DNA of 64,000 bases from the NCBI GenBank assembly GCA_030265395.1, contig JARFYF010000052.1, forward strand, positions 109,327,433-109,391,432. Direction: 5' to 3'. The notes under the pieces were generated by a model. It made no database searches. It was given only the letters and a program-made list of their open reading frames with translations, and was not told the origin of the DNA. This stretch comes from Rhina ancylostomus. Lineage: Eukaryota. The translations under genes and the position numbers were made by a program. Positions 24,801-36,760 of the stretch are shown in pieces (positions within the stretch are counted from its first letter, which is position 1; each line of letters begins with the position of its first letter).

Positions 24801-27800
24801 GGAAAGGAAACATACAGTATTTCTGCAGATGTAACAATCTATAAGTTCTGTTTTGTAGTGCAACATTTTGTTATGCACGACATGTTGAAATTTATTCAGA
24901 AATTGCTAAACTTAATGTGGTGCTTTGTGCACAGGCAGTACACTTCCAGATCTTTGATCCAAAATCTTTCTGTGAGTGAAACACCCTTGCACAGGGCCAA
25001 TATGCAATAGTCAATTTGACATCACGTGTGAAATTGTACTGTGCAAAAACAGAGGCCGTGAGCAGCAAAGCAGGTATTGATTGGGAGTTTAAAGCCTGCT
25101 TTGTAGTTTAAGTGTCTAAGCCTACCAGAGGCACTGCTGGCTATTTTGAGGCATTCGTCATCCTCCAGACAGATTTTTCTTCGTGTCTTCCCTTTCACAG
25201 ATCCCCTCAGCACCCCCTCCTTGCTGATGTCCTCGGGTCCTACAATCATCTCAACCCAAGCATCATCCTGACTCCCTACTTCCCCTGATCTTTCTCCTTT
25301 CCCCTCTTCTACTACATCCCATCTTCAACTTGCAGTCTTCACTCCCTAATTCATCATACTGCCCCTCCACCTCCACCTGACATATTCAGGGCAACTCAGA
25401 CACAACCCTGTGCCCCCAGCTGCACCCCCTCCCCCAGCCGCCCATGGGATGACACCTTTAGCGTACAATTTTATGTAGATTATAATTTCTAGCCCAACTA
25501 CTTCAAAAAGAGATTGGATAGTGTATGAGTGGATTGTTTACAGAGGCACTCAAGGCTAATAATAGCAATAATTATCAGAGAAAATCAACAGGCATTTGTT
25601 AAGAAAATTAATTGAAGGATATTGTCAGTTAACTATTCTGAGACGAGCCAGATGGAGAGAGATACAATTTCCCAGTTCGGTGCATTCTTATATTTCTACT
25701 TCATTTAGGGCATTAATACATTTTTTGGCAAAAACACATGAACTTGTCAAAGACTAAAAAAAAGAATGTTCACCAGATGGCCAAATCTCTGTTTTGTCCA
25801 GACTGCTTCTAATACATGATAAAACTGCTTATCATATTTAACCTGAGGCTGTGTTTGTTTATTATTTTTTATTAGTTTTAGAATGAGGACACATCAATAT
25901 TTTTATCAGTTCATAGTTATGCTTGAGTGCTTGCTGTCCAATTGAGTGTTTCCTGTCTTCGTCAGTGCTACCAGCACATTTGGGAACTATTTCAAACTAC
26001 TGGTTGCCCCAGAATAGGATTTTCTATTACCTTGGTCACTAAATCCATCATTGTGTTCAAAGCATAAAACTCACTGTGTGTTCACTGACAAAACAAGGTA
26101 AACCCAACAACTCAGAAATATTTGTTCCTTGGGTATCCTGCATGTCTCAATCATCCCTTACAGGGTAAGATAAGATAAGCTATCTTTATTAGTCATATGT
26201 ACTTCAAAACACACAGTGAAATGCATCTTTTGCGTTGAGTGTTCTGGAGGCAGCCCACTTCATCCTCTATGCTTAACTAGAGCAAGAAAGTCATAACCCA
26301 GAAATATAAGTTTTTCACTAATTAATGGATTTTATTTTTGACAGACCAACAGCATGCTTTACATTGGGGAAAAGCTGTTAAAATAAAAATTAAATTGTAA
26401 ATCTTCCAGGGATTTTTTTCATCATTATTAAGAATAGCTGGTGTATATTGCTTAAATGAATTTGATGCCATGCTTGTTCATTTGCATTACTAAACATTTT
26501 GAGAATACAAATACTGTGTCAGGTTTTGAAAAATGTGTTGGGAATTGTCACTCAGTACTCCGTGTTAAGGGTCATTATCCACTTGTTACATTCTTCTCAA
26601 CACTCACAGACCTTGAAGATCCTGTGAAGTCTGATATGAAATCCATGGTTATCACTGGATATGTCCCTCATTGAGAGGCATGACGTTAAGGGGTAACATC
26701 AGAGTCATACTGTTCCTTTTCTTGAAATTTTTTTTGGGGATGATCTGGGGAAGGCCACCTTTATGTTATGTTTATGTTTAGGCCTATTTGTTAATACCCA
26801 AGAGAAGGTGGGGGTGAGCTGCCTTCTTGAAATGCTGCAGTCCTTCTGGTGCAGTGTTCTTGGGTAGGGAGTTAACACCTGTGTACAAGATTCTTTTGCA
26901 AAAAATCATGCTCAGCATGAAACACTCAGCATGAAACAGAATTATTCCTGCCAAAAGTCATCACTGAAAATAGGAGTGTGGAGCTCAAGAGAAAAATTAG
27001 AAACAGGCAGGGTATTGTGGACCATTCCAANNNNNNNNNNNNNNNNNNNNNNNNNNNNNNNNNNNNNNNNNNNNNNNNNNNNNNNNNNNNNNNNNNNNNN
27101 NNNNNNNNNNNNNNNNNNNNNNNNNNNNNNTAAGAATTTGTGTCTTTCTGCTGCAAACTACAGTTGCATTTATTCTTCAAAAGTGTTCATTTTTAATCAT
27201 TTAAAGTTCCTTCATCAATTAATTGATAAAGCAAACAGCATGCACTCACTGATGTGACAAAAATGCATATTAATGTCTCTAATTTATAGATTTTCATAGT
27301 GTAACTTCCTCTAAAGATTAAAATAACAGTCCATCATGAGAGTGTAACACACTAAAAACTGGTCTACCATCCCCTGCTGGAGAATTCGCTGTGTTTCCCA
27401 GCCATGTTTAAAGCACATCTGAGAAAAGCAAGCCAAGCTGTTAATTAATAACAAAACTAGCCCCTGAGGAAAGCACTAACCAAAGTATGAGAAACACTGT
27501 AAACATCTCACCAGATTAATCAAATGAATTTGCCATATGATCAGGATACATTTTAGTTTAGGATATATGAACATAACAAAAATTACTGCAAATACTGGAA
27601 ATCTGAAAGTAAACAGCAAAGGAGCTAAGTTGTACAGATCCAAAAAATACATGAGATTGCAATGCACAGTTAACCTTTGCCCCATGGTTTCCAGTGCAGG
27701 CAGTATGCCAACATTGTGCTGCCTGCTCATTTACTTCATTACTGTCTGCAGCCAATGTGAATGCCTTTGAGCATTGGCTTATCACCACAGCTGGAGGCCA

Positions 27801-28317
27801 GGACCACTAAAGTTAGCCTGCACTACTTACTTAACACAAGGTGCATTGCAACTATAGGTATTCTGCAATTTATTCTAACCTGGANNNNNNNNNNNNNNNN
27901 NNNNNNNNNNNNNNNNNNNNNNNNNNNNNNNNNNNNNNNNNNNNNNNNNNNNNNNNNNNNNNNNNNNNNNNNNNNNNNNNNNNNNNNNNNNNNNNNNNNN
28001 NNNNNNNNNNNNNNNNNNNNNNNNNNNNNNNNNNNNNNNNNNNNNNNNNNNNNNNNNNNNNNNNNNNNNNNNNNNNNNNNNNNNNNNNNNNNNNNNNNNN
28101 NNNNNNNNNNNNNNNNNNNNNNNNNNNNNNNNNNNNNNNNNNNNNNNNNNNNNNNNNNNNNNNNNNNNNNNNNNNNNNNNNNNNNNNNNNNNNNNNNNNN
28201 NNNNNNNNNNNNNNNNNNNNNNNNNNNNNNNNNNNNNNNNNNNNNNNNNNNNNNNNNNNNNNNNNNNNNNNNNNNNNNNNNNNNNNNNNNNNNNNNNNNN
28301 NNNNNNNNNNNNNNNNN

Positions 28318-28361
28318 ACAGTTATTGTTTCTCATCCATCGACAGAGAAAACAAGCAGGCT

Positions 28362-28396
<35 letters not shown>

Positions 28397-28526
28397 CAGA
28401 CTGACTCCGACCGGTTGTTCAAACAGTAACGTCATGACGTTCTTTATCTTCTGTTGACATAAGCACGCCACACACACACACACAATCTTAAAGGAACCTT
28501 CACTAATAGTAACCTAGTCCGTAACA
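28318..28526 (-). mobile_element. LTR end, same family as 14790-14925, with (CT)n and (CA)n
   Basis: ctgactccgac.ggttgtt...cttaaaggaac...ctagtccgtaaca shared with 14790-14925. Confidence 0.6.
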
Positions 28527-28759
28527 AGCTGGCTAAGATCTGAAACCTCACCTGACAGTGTTGAAGAGCAAGAAGGCAGTGAAGGTGAAGACTCACATTT
28601 TATTCTCCTAACCACAACTCAAGTGTCTACAAAACACAGAAAATCTAATCCAGCCCATTACCCATCAATCTATTCTCAATAACCAGCAACATGATGGAAG
28701 GTTATTATGTCAACAAAGCTTTTAAGTGGCATTTGCTCACAAATAACCTGCCCACAAAA

Positions 28760-29800
28760 TGCTTACTTTACATTTTGCCAGGTCCATTTAAATGAATAGC
28801 TCATTGCAGCCTTGATCCAACAATAGATCAAAGAACTGAATTTCAGGAGTGAGTTGAGAGTGACCATGCTTGATGTCAGCACCTTACTGAATGTGACATT
28901 AAGCCATTGTGAATAAGTGGATCACTTTCCATGAGCTGGCATGATGTCTGCCACATAGATAGTGGTGGATGTTAAGGTCTAATCACCTCAGCCTCAGGAA
29001 CATTGCTGTTTGAGTTCTTTATGGCAATGTCTTAGGCTCAGCTACCTTCAAAAGCGTTAGTACTGACCTTCCCTTCATCATAAGGTTAGTGGTAGTGATG
29101 CTGGCTGATAGTCCCACAGTATTCCCTTCTATTCACAATTCTGCATATACTGAAGCAGTCCATGTTAACAAGAGAGAATAGAACCACCTCACCTGGACAT
29201 TCAACAGCTTTACCAATACAGAGATCACCCATCATTAATATCCTGCAGGTTCCCATTGACCAGAAACCCAAGTGGGTTTCTGATAGCCCTTGGCTATCAG
29301 AAAATGTCAGTCCAGATCTTGTGCAGCATGTGAGTCACCTCCTGATTTCTGCAAGGCTTTATACCATCAACTAGATGCAAGTCAGTCATGTAATGGCATT
29401 TTTCTATTCGCCTGGATGAAAACAATTCCAATAAATCCCAAGAAGCTCAACATCACCCAGGACAAAGTAACCGATTTCATTGGCATTTGATTCACCACTT
29501 AAGTTCACTCAATCCACCAATGCCAAACTGTGGCTAAAGTGTGTACTGTCCATAAAATGCACTGCAGCAACTCACCAAGACTTCTTTAAAGGCACCAGCC
29601 AAATACATAACCTCTACTGCCAGAAGGACAAGGATAGCAAGCACATGTGGATGCTCGCACCCGCAAGTTTGCTTTCAAGCCACACACCATATGATTTGAA
29701 AAGACATCACTGTTTCTTCATTATTGCTTAGACAAAATTCAGGAATTCCCTACCACTACAAGAACAGAGTGGTTCCAGGAGGCAACAAGCATTGGAAAAT
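28760..29800 (+). mobile_element. Old LINE, reverse transcriptase and 3' region
   Basis: aagctcaacatcacccaggacaaag and downstream motifs shared with 38165-38765. Confidence 0.5.
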
Positions 29801-29999
29801 AATTATTGGTCTGGAGAGGAGTGTTCATAAAAGAATATAAAAAAATGACAGTGTATATAATTTAGTGGTTATCTTCAAGGCATTATCTGCATATAATGAC
29901 CTGTAACTTGGGCAGGAAGAAAGGATAGCCCAGGTACCCAGAGATCAAGGTAATCTATGAGTTTCACTGAAGAGGACTCAGATAAACTCTGATGGGATA

Positions 30000-30308
30000 G
30001 TCATGGAGTCATGTAGCATGGAATTAGGCCCTAATACATGCCAGTCCACACCAAATATCAAATCAGACCTATACTAATCCCCCTTTGTTCTCCCCACATT
30101 CCCATCAACACCTCTCTGATTCTACCACTCACCTATACACTGTGGGCAATTTACAGTGGCCAATAAACCCAGCATCCCAGAGCACTTGAAGGAAACCCCA
30201 CACAGGCACAGGGAGAGCATACACGTTCCCCACAGACCGCGTTGGAGGTCAGGATTGAACCTGTGTCACCGGGGCTCTGAGGCAACATCTCCACTGGCTG
30301 TGCCACCC
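30000..30308 (-). mobile_element. V-SINE (HE1-like), internally deleted
   Basis: gggcaatttacagtggccaat...ggaaacccca...gggagagcatac...aggattgaacc...ctgtgccacc. Confidence 0.65.
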
Positions 30309-30429
30309 TTGTATTACTTTGGACAACCTTGTTAGGATGAGTACCTACAATAATTTGAGGTCTCCAACAGATCTTAGTTGATATGTTATCTTATGGAGCT
30401 TTATAGGTCTGAGGTCATACAAACTGTAA

Positions 30430-30672
30430 GCTAAACCAGTTTTGCTCTCCTCACATTCCTGTGAAATCCCCCAAGACAGATTTTACCACTCTCCTATATA
30501 CCAGTTAACCAACCAACTCACACATCTTTGGCATGCAGTAGAACACAAGAACACTCTGAGGAAAGCCATAAGGTCACAGGGACAACATGTAAATTTCATA
30601 CAGACAGCACCAGAAATTAGGATTGAACTTGGTCACAAGGAGTTTTGAGACAGTAGTTCTACTGGCTGTACC
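30430..30672 (-). mobile_element. V-SINE (HE1-like), diverged
   Basis: cacatctttgg...gaggaagccat..ggtcacaggg...cagacagcacc...aggattgaac. Confidence 0.55.
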
Positions 30673-31026
30673 ATGGTTCCACTGAGATAGCTCATCCTGC
30701 TCTTCATAGAATCGTGCTATACTTGAAATAAATTCAGCATCCATAGCACCCAAGTATCAAGCACCACAGAACTAAGCTACTTAGCTAAAATGACAAATAT
30801 ACCATTAATCTAGGAAATCACCCCAACATACTTCGCAAAAGTGCATTCACATGAAAATTGACAGAAGGCTAAGGGGATACAAGAACAGATTGTTAAAACC
30901 TTAACTGAAGACATAGCTTGACAACCTTCAGGAGGGAGTTTCAGAGCCTCTGTTCCTGCAGCTGAGGATGCATCTGCCGAAAGTGTGACATGGGAGTAGG
31001 TCTGACTACAACAGGCCAGAACCATC

Positions 31027-31292
31027 TAAATTTTAAATTTTAAAAAAATTTTTAAATTTTATTTACAGCGTGGTAACAGGCCCTTCTGGCGCAATGAGTC
31101 CTGGCTGCCTATTTTTAAAACTATATTGACCTACCTGTACATCTTTGGAATGTGGGAAGAAACTGGAGCACCCAGAGGAAACCCACACAGACATGGGAGA
31201 ACATACAAACTCCTTACAGACAGTGACAGGAATCGAACCCCGATCACTGGCGCCGTAATAGCATTGCGCTAATGGCTACACTACCGTGCCGC
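31027..31292 (-). mobile_element. Full-length tRNA-derived V-SINE (HE1-like)
   Basis: Minus strand starts GGCACGGTAGTGTAGC (A box); B box GGTTCGATTCC at 31239-31229; V-domain gtgggtttcctctgggtgctccagtttcttcccacattccaaag; A/T-rich tail. Confidence 0.85.
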
Positions 31293-32105
31293 TCTACAAT
31301 TATGAAATTGTAGAGCTTGCAGACAAAGGGAATACAAAGCTCAAGGAGTATTGAAACATGAAAGTTAGCAGTTTTCATATTAGGGCAATCTTCAGGGTAA
31401 GAAATATTGTAGGTTTGGAAACTTGGAATGATAATACATGGCATAGGTTGGCATGTACCCAGCAGAGTTCTGGATAAGCAACGGTCTCCTGGGAAAGTAA
31501 TTGGAAAAGTTGTGGTTGGGTCTAATAAAGATATAGGTGAGCATTTCAGTGGTGGGTAAACCGAGGCAGTCTGGAGACATTATTTCAGAGGTGGAAGTAG
31601 GCAGTCTTTGTGATGGAGAATACATGTAGTATGAAGATTAGTTCAGCGTCAGCCAGGACACAGAGTTTGTGACAGTCACAGACATTGGTCAGGGAGGGGA
31701 CCTGAAACAGTAGAGAGAAAAACAGTTTTGTGGTGGGGACCTCAGACAATGGGTTAAATTTTCCAGTGAGTAAGTGGAAGGTCTGTGCAGTTCTGAATAT
31801 CTCAGCAACGTGTGTATTTTCTGCCACTGTAAAAGCTTCTGTTTCTGAAAAATCTGTTTGGTACTTCAATCTGACATCATACAACTCAAATGAAATGAGT
31901 CTGTTCTAGAAATCCTGCAAATGGACAGATTTATTGTTCCACAAAAGCATTTTATTCTTCCAGATTGTAGACCAAGTTATTCTTTGGATCATCAATCTAT
32001 ACCTTGAGAAAAATATTGAATTGAATCAATTTTTGTATCCATTCAAGTAACATCTGATTTACTTAATTGGACACCTCAATAATCATTATTTTTCCATTTC
32101 TGCAG

Positions 32106-32239
32106 GTGTGTGAATATGTAGATGGAACCAAGTCCTTGAAACTGGGCGACTTTGGTCTGGCAACTGTGGTAGATGGACCCCTGTACACAGTTTGTGGTAC
32201 ACCAACGTATGTTGCTCCAGAGATCATTGCAGAGAGTGG
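32106..32239 (+). CDS. dclk2: DCLK2 exon ([44 protein letters not shown](G))
   Basis: ctgcAG acceptor, GTAAGT donor, 134 bp, phase 0 to 2; DFG and APE motifs. Confidence 0.97.
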
Positions 32240-32435
32240 GTAAGTAGTGATCAGGAGGTTAAGGTTAGGATAGTTTTTATTTGCTGCTAAAAGTGGGTAG
32301 CCAGAAATTGACCTGCAACTTTCAGTGGTTCATTGAGCATTCAGGCTACAGGTTGCTGACTGATTAGGCCATTCTCATCATGTATATTGCATCAGTTTTT
32401 CAGCACATTCTAGTCGCTTGTAATTTTATTAGAAT

Positions 32436-32960
32436 AAGTATCAAGTTTATTATCACTGACATATATTGTGAAATTTGTTGTTTTGTGGCAGCGGTACAGT
32501 GCAAGACATAACATTACTATGTTACCCAAAAAAAATGGTGCAAAAGAAGAATAACGAAGTGGTATTCATGAGTCCATGGACCTTTCAGAAATCTGATGGT
32601 GGCAGAGAAGAAGCTGTTCCTGAAACATTGAGTGGGGGTCTTCAGGCTCCTGTACCACCTCCCCAGTGGTAGTGAGAAGAGGGCATGTCCTGGATGGTGA
32701 GGATCCTTAATGATGGATGCCACCTTTTTGAGGCAGCACCTCTTAAAGATGTCCTTGATGGTGGAGAGGGTTATGCCTGTGATGGGGCTGACTGAACCTA
32801 CAACCTCTACCACCACTTTCAATCCTGCACATTGGAGCCTTCATACAAGGCAGTGATGCAACCAGTCAGAATGTTCTCCGCTGTACATCTGTAGAAATTT
32901 GCAGGAGTCTGCGTTGACATACCAAATCTTCTCAGACTCCCAAACATGGCAAAGATCATA
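32436..32960 (-). mobile_element. Rex1/Babar-type LINE 3' end
   Basis: FYRCTAENILTGCITALY...RCCLKKVASIIKDPHHPGHALFSLP.GRWYRSL....FRNSFF. Confidence 0.75.
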
Positions 32961-33014
32961 TTTTTCCTGGTTGTTACAGATATTGGCTCAGAACCTTTTG
33001 CGCTTTTATGGGTG

Positions 33015-33370
33015 CCAGCCACTCTTAGCCCTGAGTCAGGATCTGTGGTTCAATTCCCATTATTTAAACTTGAGCACAAAATTCCAGGTTGGTACTCCAG
33101 CGTAGGACCAAGGGAGCACCTCAGGATCTCAGGGTACTGTAATAGATTCTCCAGTGCAATTTTAAAGGGGACAGAACCCAGCTGTCCTAACCAATATTTA
33201 ACTCCCAGCCAACTTCACTAAGACTAGTTATTTGGTGACTCACACATTGCTGAAGGTGGAGAGCTTGTGTTTTATACATTGCAATGCCAATTATATTTCA
33301 AGAAGTATTTGACTACAAAGCACTTTAGGATATTCTGAAATCTTTAAAAGCATGATATAAATATATCTTC
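33015..33370 (+). mobile_element. DeuSINE-like (SacSINE1-type) SINE
   Basis: ctgagtcag...gtggttcaattccc head; tgtcctaaccaatattta.ctc...ccaac..cactaa Deu-like core; gcactttaggatattctga...atataaat tail. Confidence 0.5.
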
Positions 33371-34445
33371 CCTTCAGGTTTGCATTATATAAATAAATAA
33401 ATAAATCTGAAAGATGTTGGAAAAACCTTTATGAGTTGAAATCTAATAGAATATTAATTTTCTCATTAAGTCATTGCTCACAGTTTGACCAATAACACAT
33501 TAGGAATCAGGTGGTAAAGGACTACATCAAGGAAAAATAAGCACTGTACATCTGGCATTCTCTGAATGTCCACTAGTTCAATAAATAGAATTATGAAGGA
33601 CTGATATCCTACCCAGGAATTCTGTTGCCTCCCACAAAAAGTTTTAATCTGAATGCATTGTAACAGAGGTAATTTTATGTCACAATGATCCATAACGCTT
33701 AGGTTTTCAAACTGAAGTCTGTTTGCCCCCATCCACAAATGGGTGTTCCATTAAATGACCAGATTTCTATCTATGTTGTGACTGCATCATTGTGTATTTT
33801 TTGCTATATTTTCTATACTTAACAAATTACTGAATAATATTTCTATAATAATTTCACCTACTCATGAAAATTTTATGTAATGATATACTCTTTTGGGAAC
33901 TAGGGCAGTAAGTCCTGTGGAACGTGTCAAATTTCCGAGTGAGTTGGATGTTTGTTAGTTTCCACATCAAATAGTTCCGAATCCTTTGCCATAGCGAAGT
34001 AAAAAGCTAGTGCATCTATTTCAGCTTAATTTAATTACAATAATTTTTCTTAAAGTAACATCTGTACAATGATAAATATTCCCTGTATCCATTCCTGTCC
34101 ATGTAAAAATGACTGTCCATGATAATCATTACTTCCTACTAGACTGTTGGGTAACATTGCAAGCTATTATGTTGTTCAAATATAAACCACATTTTCAACA
34201 CAGCAACTGTAGATTTTGTTTAATGTTAAATTTTTAAAAAAATCAAAACATTAACTATATGTAACAGCAAAATTGAAATATGACCATCAGAAAAACAGGG
34301 TACCTTATCAAGGTGAGGTTCAGCTGTCTGTACAAGGCATAATCTTTCTTGCAAACTAAACAAAAGAGATATTGTTCAAATATAAATAATGAAAGAACGA
34401 ATTTTCCTGTTCTTTTAGTGCCTTATGTTCTCAATATTCTTACAG

Positions 34446-34523
34446 ATATGGCTTGAAGGTTGACATTTGGGCGGCAGGTGTCATAACATACATTCTCCTG
34501 TGCGGCTTCCCCCCATTCCGCAG
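34446..34523 (+). CDS. dclk2: DCLK2 exon ((G)[25 protein letters not shown](S))
   Basis: ttacAG acceptor, GTAATC donor, 78 bp, phase 2-2. Confidence 0.97.
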
Positions 34524-36050
34524 GTAATCTGTTCCAGACCTCTCATAGTAAAGACCGAAATTCTTTCCAATCCTAGTTGCAGTAGTTGGTGGTATGCAAA
34601 TTATAAACCACAGGTGAGGTTTGGCTTCTGATGATGCTGAGGTTCCAATTTCCAACAGGTTCTGACAACAAAAGCAGAAGGTGCAGACTAAGAAGTAAGT
34701 GAAGGTTATGGAAGAACACTGCTCCATTGCCATCAGATCCCAGCTGAGGATCACTAAGTACCAATGCAAGAGTTAGAGCAGTAACTTAATTAAGTTTGGG
34801 GTGAGGTGGAGAGAAAGATAAAGAGAAAGGAAAGGGGGAGGGTTAAGGTGGAAAAGCAGAGAGGGAGAGGAGAGAGAGGGGAGGGGGAAGGAGGTGGAGA
34901 AGCTAGGGTAAAGACAAATAGAGGATAAAGACAAACATCCCTCTTTGTTGCAGCCTCTCTCCATCCTCTATAGCAGCTATTGTGTGTGTTACTGCTGTCT
35001 GGCTATCATGGGGGTTGGTCTTTAAGGGCTGACACCTTTCTTTCATAGCCTTGCAGCAAAGTGTTTCCAGCTGCCCTAACTTGGCTGCTTTGAAAGTCCA
35101 GTTTTAGCATAAGATTTAAGGTGAAAACCAATGTATCGCTGCTTTCAATATATTTTGAATGATTTCACATATTTTAGGGGATCTCATTAGGCACTATGGC
35201 TAGACAAGGCAGATGTTCAGCACTGCAAAATACTATGAAATTAAATTTCAAGGCTGGAGTTTGAATCAAGAAGCTTGAGTTAGAATATTTAATTCAATGT
35301 ATAATAAGTCACGAAAAGCAAAATAAAGAGAGATAAAAGCTGGAATCAAGTGAGTTAAAAGTGACAGAAATAGTTAAAATAAAAATCCTTAAGTATTTAT
35401 TTCTTTTATAATCCAGCAGTGTTTAGTGCTATATTTGTGGAAGTCATTTTTCAAACCCAGAGGTTGGTGGTATTGAGCAATAAGCAATAATTCATATGCA
35501 CATGAGTGGATAAGCCATACCTTCCTTTGGCATGTTTAGTAGCTTACCTAAAGGGTAAAAATTGCAGCTTCATGCCTTCATTTATTTGGATCCAGGTACA
35601 GCATAGCAAAGATTCTGGAGGAGCAGGGCAAATTGGACGTCAAATTCCTGGGTGAACAGTCTAGTTACAGACTAATTTATTCCAGAATATTAATGAGTAC
35701 TGATAGCCTTACCGTTATTCTTCCTGCAAGATGTATGGGTCAGTGCAAGGCATCACTGAGCTCTTCCATCAACAATATTGATCACATGCATGGGAAATCC
35801 AGGCAGACACATTTCTGTATATTCAGCACATTATCAACCCTGATGACAATCTTTGTGACATATTCCTTCAAGGGTCACTCTCCTGTGTACTGTTGGTTAA
35901 TGGTTTTTCAGGAACACACTGAACTAATTCCCTGACCAAAATGATTTTCCAGCAATTATTGAGAACTTAAAAATGCAGAAATAGAAAATGAACTGGATTG
36001 ACTTTGCTTCCAAGTTCCATGCTATTAACTGTATTTTTGTGCTTCTACAG

Positions 36051-36147
36051 TGAGAACAATGTGCAGGAGGACCTGTTTGACCAGATTCTTGTTGGCCGCC
36101 TGGAGTTTCCATCTCCTTACTGGGACAATATCACAGGCTCTGCTAAA
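36051..36147 (+). CDS. dclk2: DCLK2 exon ((S)ENNVQEDLFDQILVGRLEFPSPYWDNITGSAK)
   Basis: ctacAG acceptor, GTATGC donor, 97 bp, phase 2 to 0. Confidence 0.96.
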
Positions 36148-36169
36148 GTATGCAGAGGGGAATTCATTA

Positions 36170-36760
36170 GCAATTTGTGGGGAATGTCCATGTGGGGGAT
36201 GATAATATTATCATGGTAGATGATGCATGGCTTTCTGGGAGATAATGTGTGGCAGAAAAGGAGATGGTAAATGACATCATGATAGGTGATGTTGGGGATG
36301 ACGAGAGGCAGTATGTGAGATGGAGAGTTCTGATTTGTGGGATGAAGAGTCGCTGTGTCAAAATGATGTGTCAATGTGTGACAGTATAGAGAATAGACTT
36401 GATGATAGGGAGGTGGTGAATGGTGGTGTGGAATCTTATGGGTGGTATTATGGGAGATGTGTGGTGATGTGGGGTATGGAGACTGATGTTGTGGGACATG
36501 ATGAGTTGTGATATGATGAATGTAGGTGTAGAAGATATGTGGTGGTATGCGAGATGATGTGTATCAGTGTGGGAGAGGTGTGTATTGGTGTGGGTGTATG
36601 TGTGTTGGTGTGGAAGGTAACGTGTGTTGGTCTGTGGGTAATATATGATGATGCAGAGGGTGATGAGTGGCTGTATGGGGTGGGATAGTGGCAGTATAGG
36701 CGTGAAGTGCGTTATTGTTTGGATGGAGAGTGCCTGGGTGATGGGTGGCAATGTGCTTCA
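36170..36760. repeat. G/T-rich low-complexity tract
   Basis: C-poor, with repeated gatg/gtgg/tgtg words. Confidence 0.7.

Noticed and set aside
27761-28429. Long ORFs in the supplied track spanning N runs (also near 4112, 14392, 50157, 56425)
   Set aside because: Length comes from N gaps; no protein signal
31225-31292. tRNA-like A and B boxes
   Set aside because: Head of a tRNA-derived SINE, not a tRNA gene
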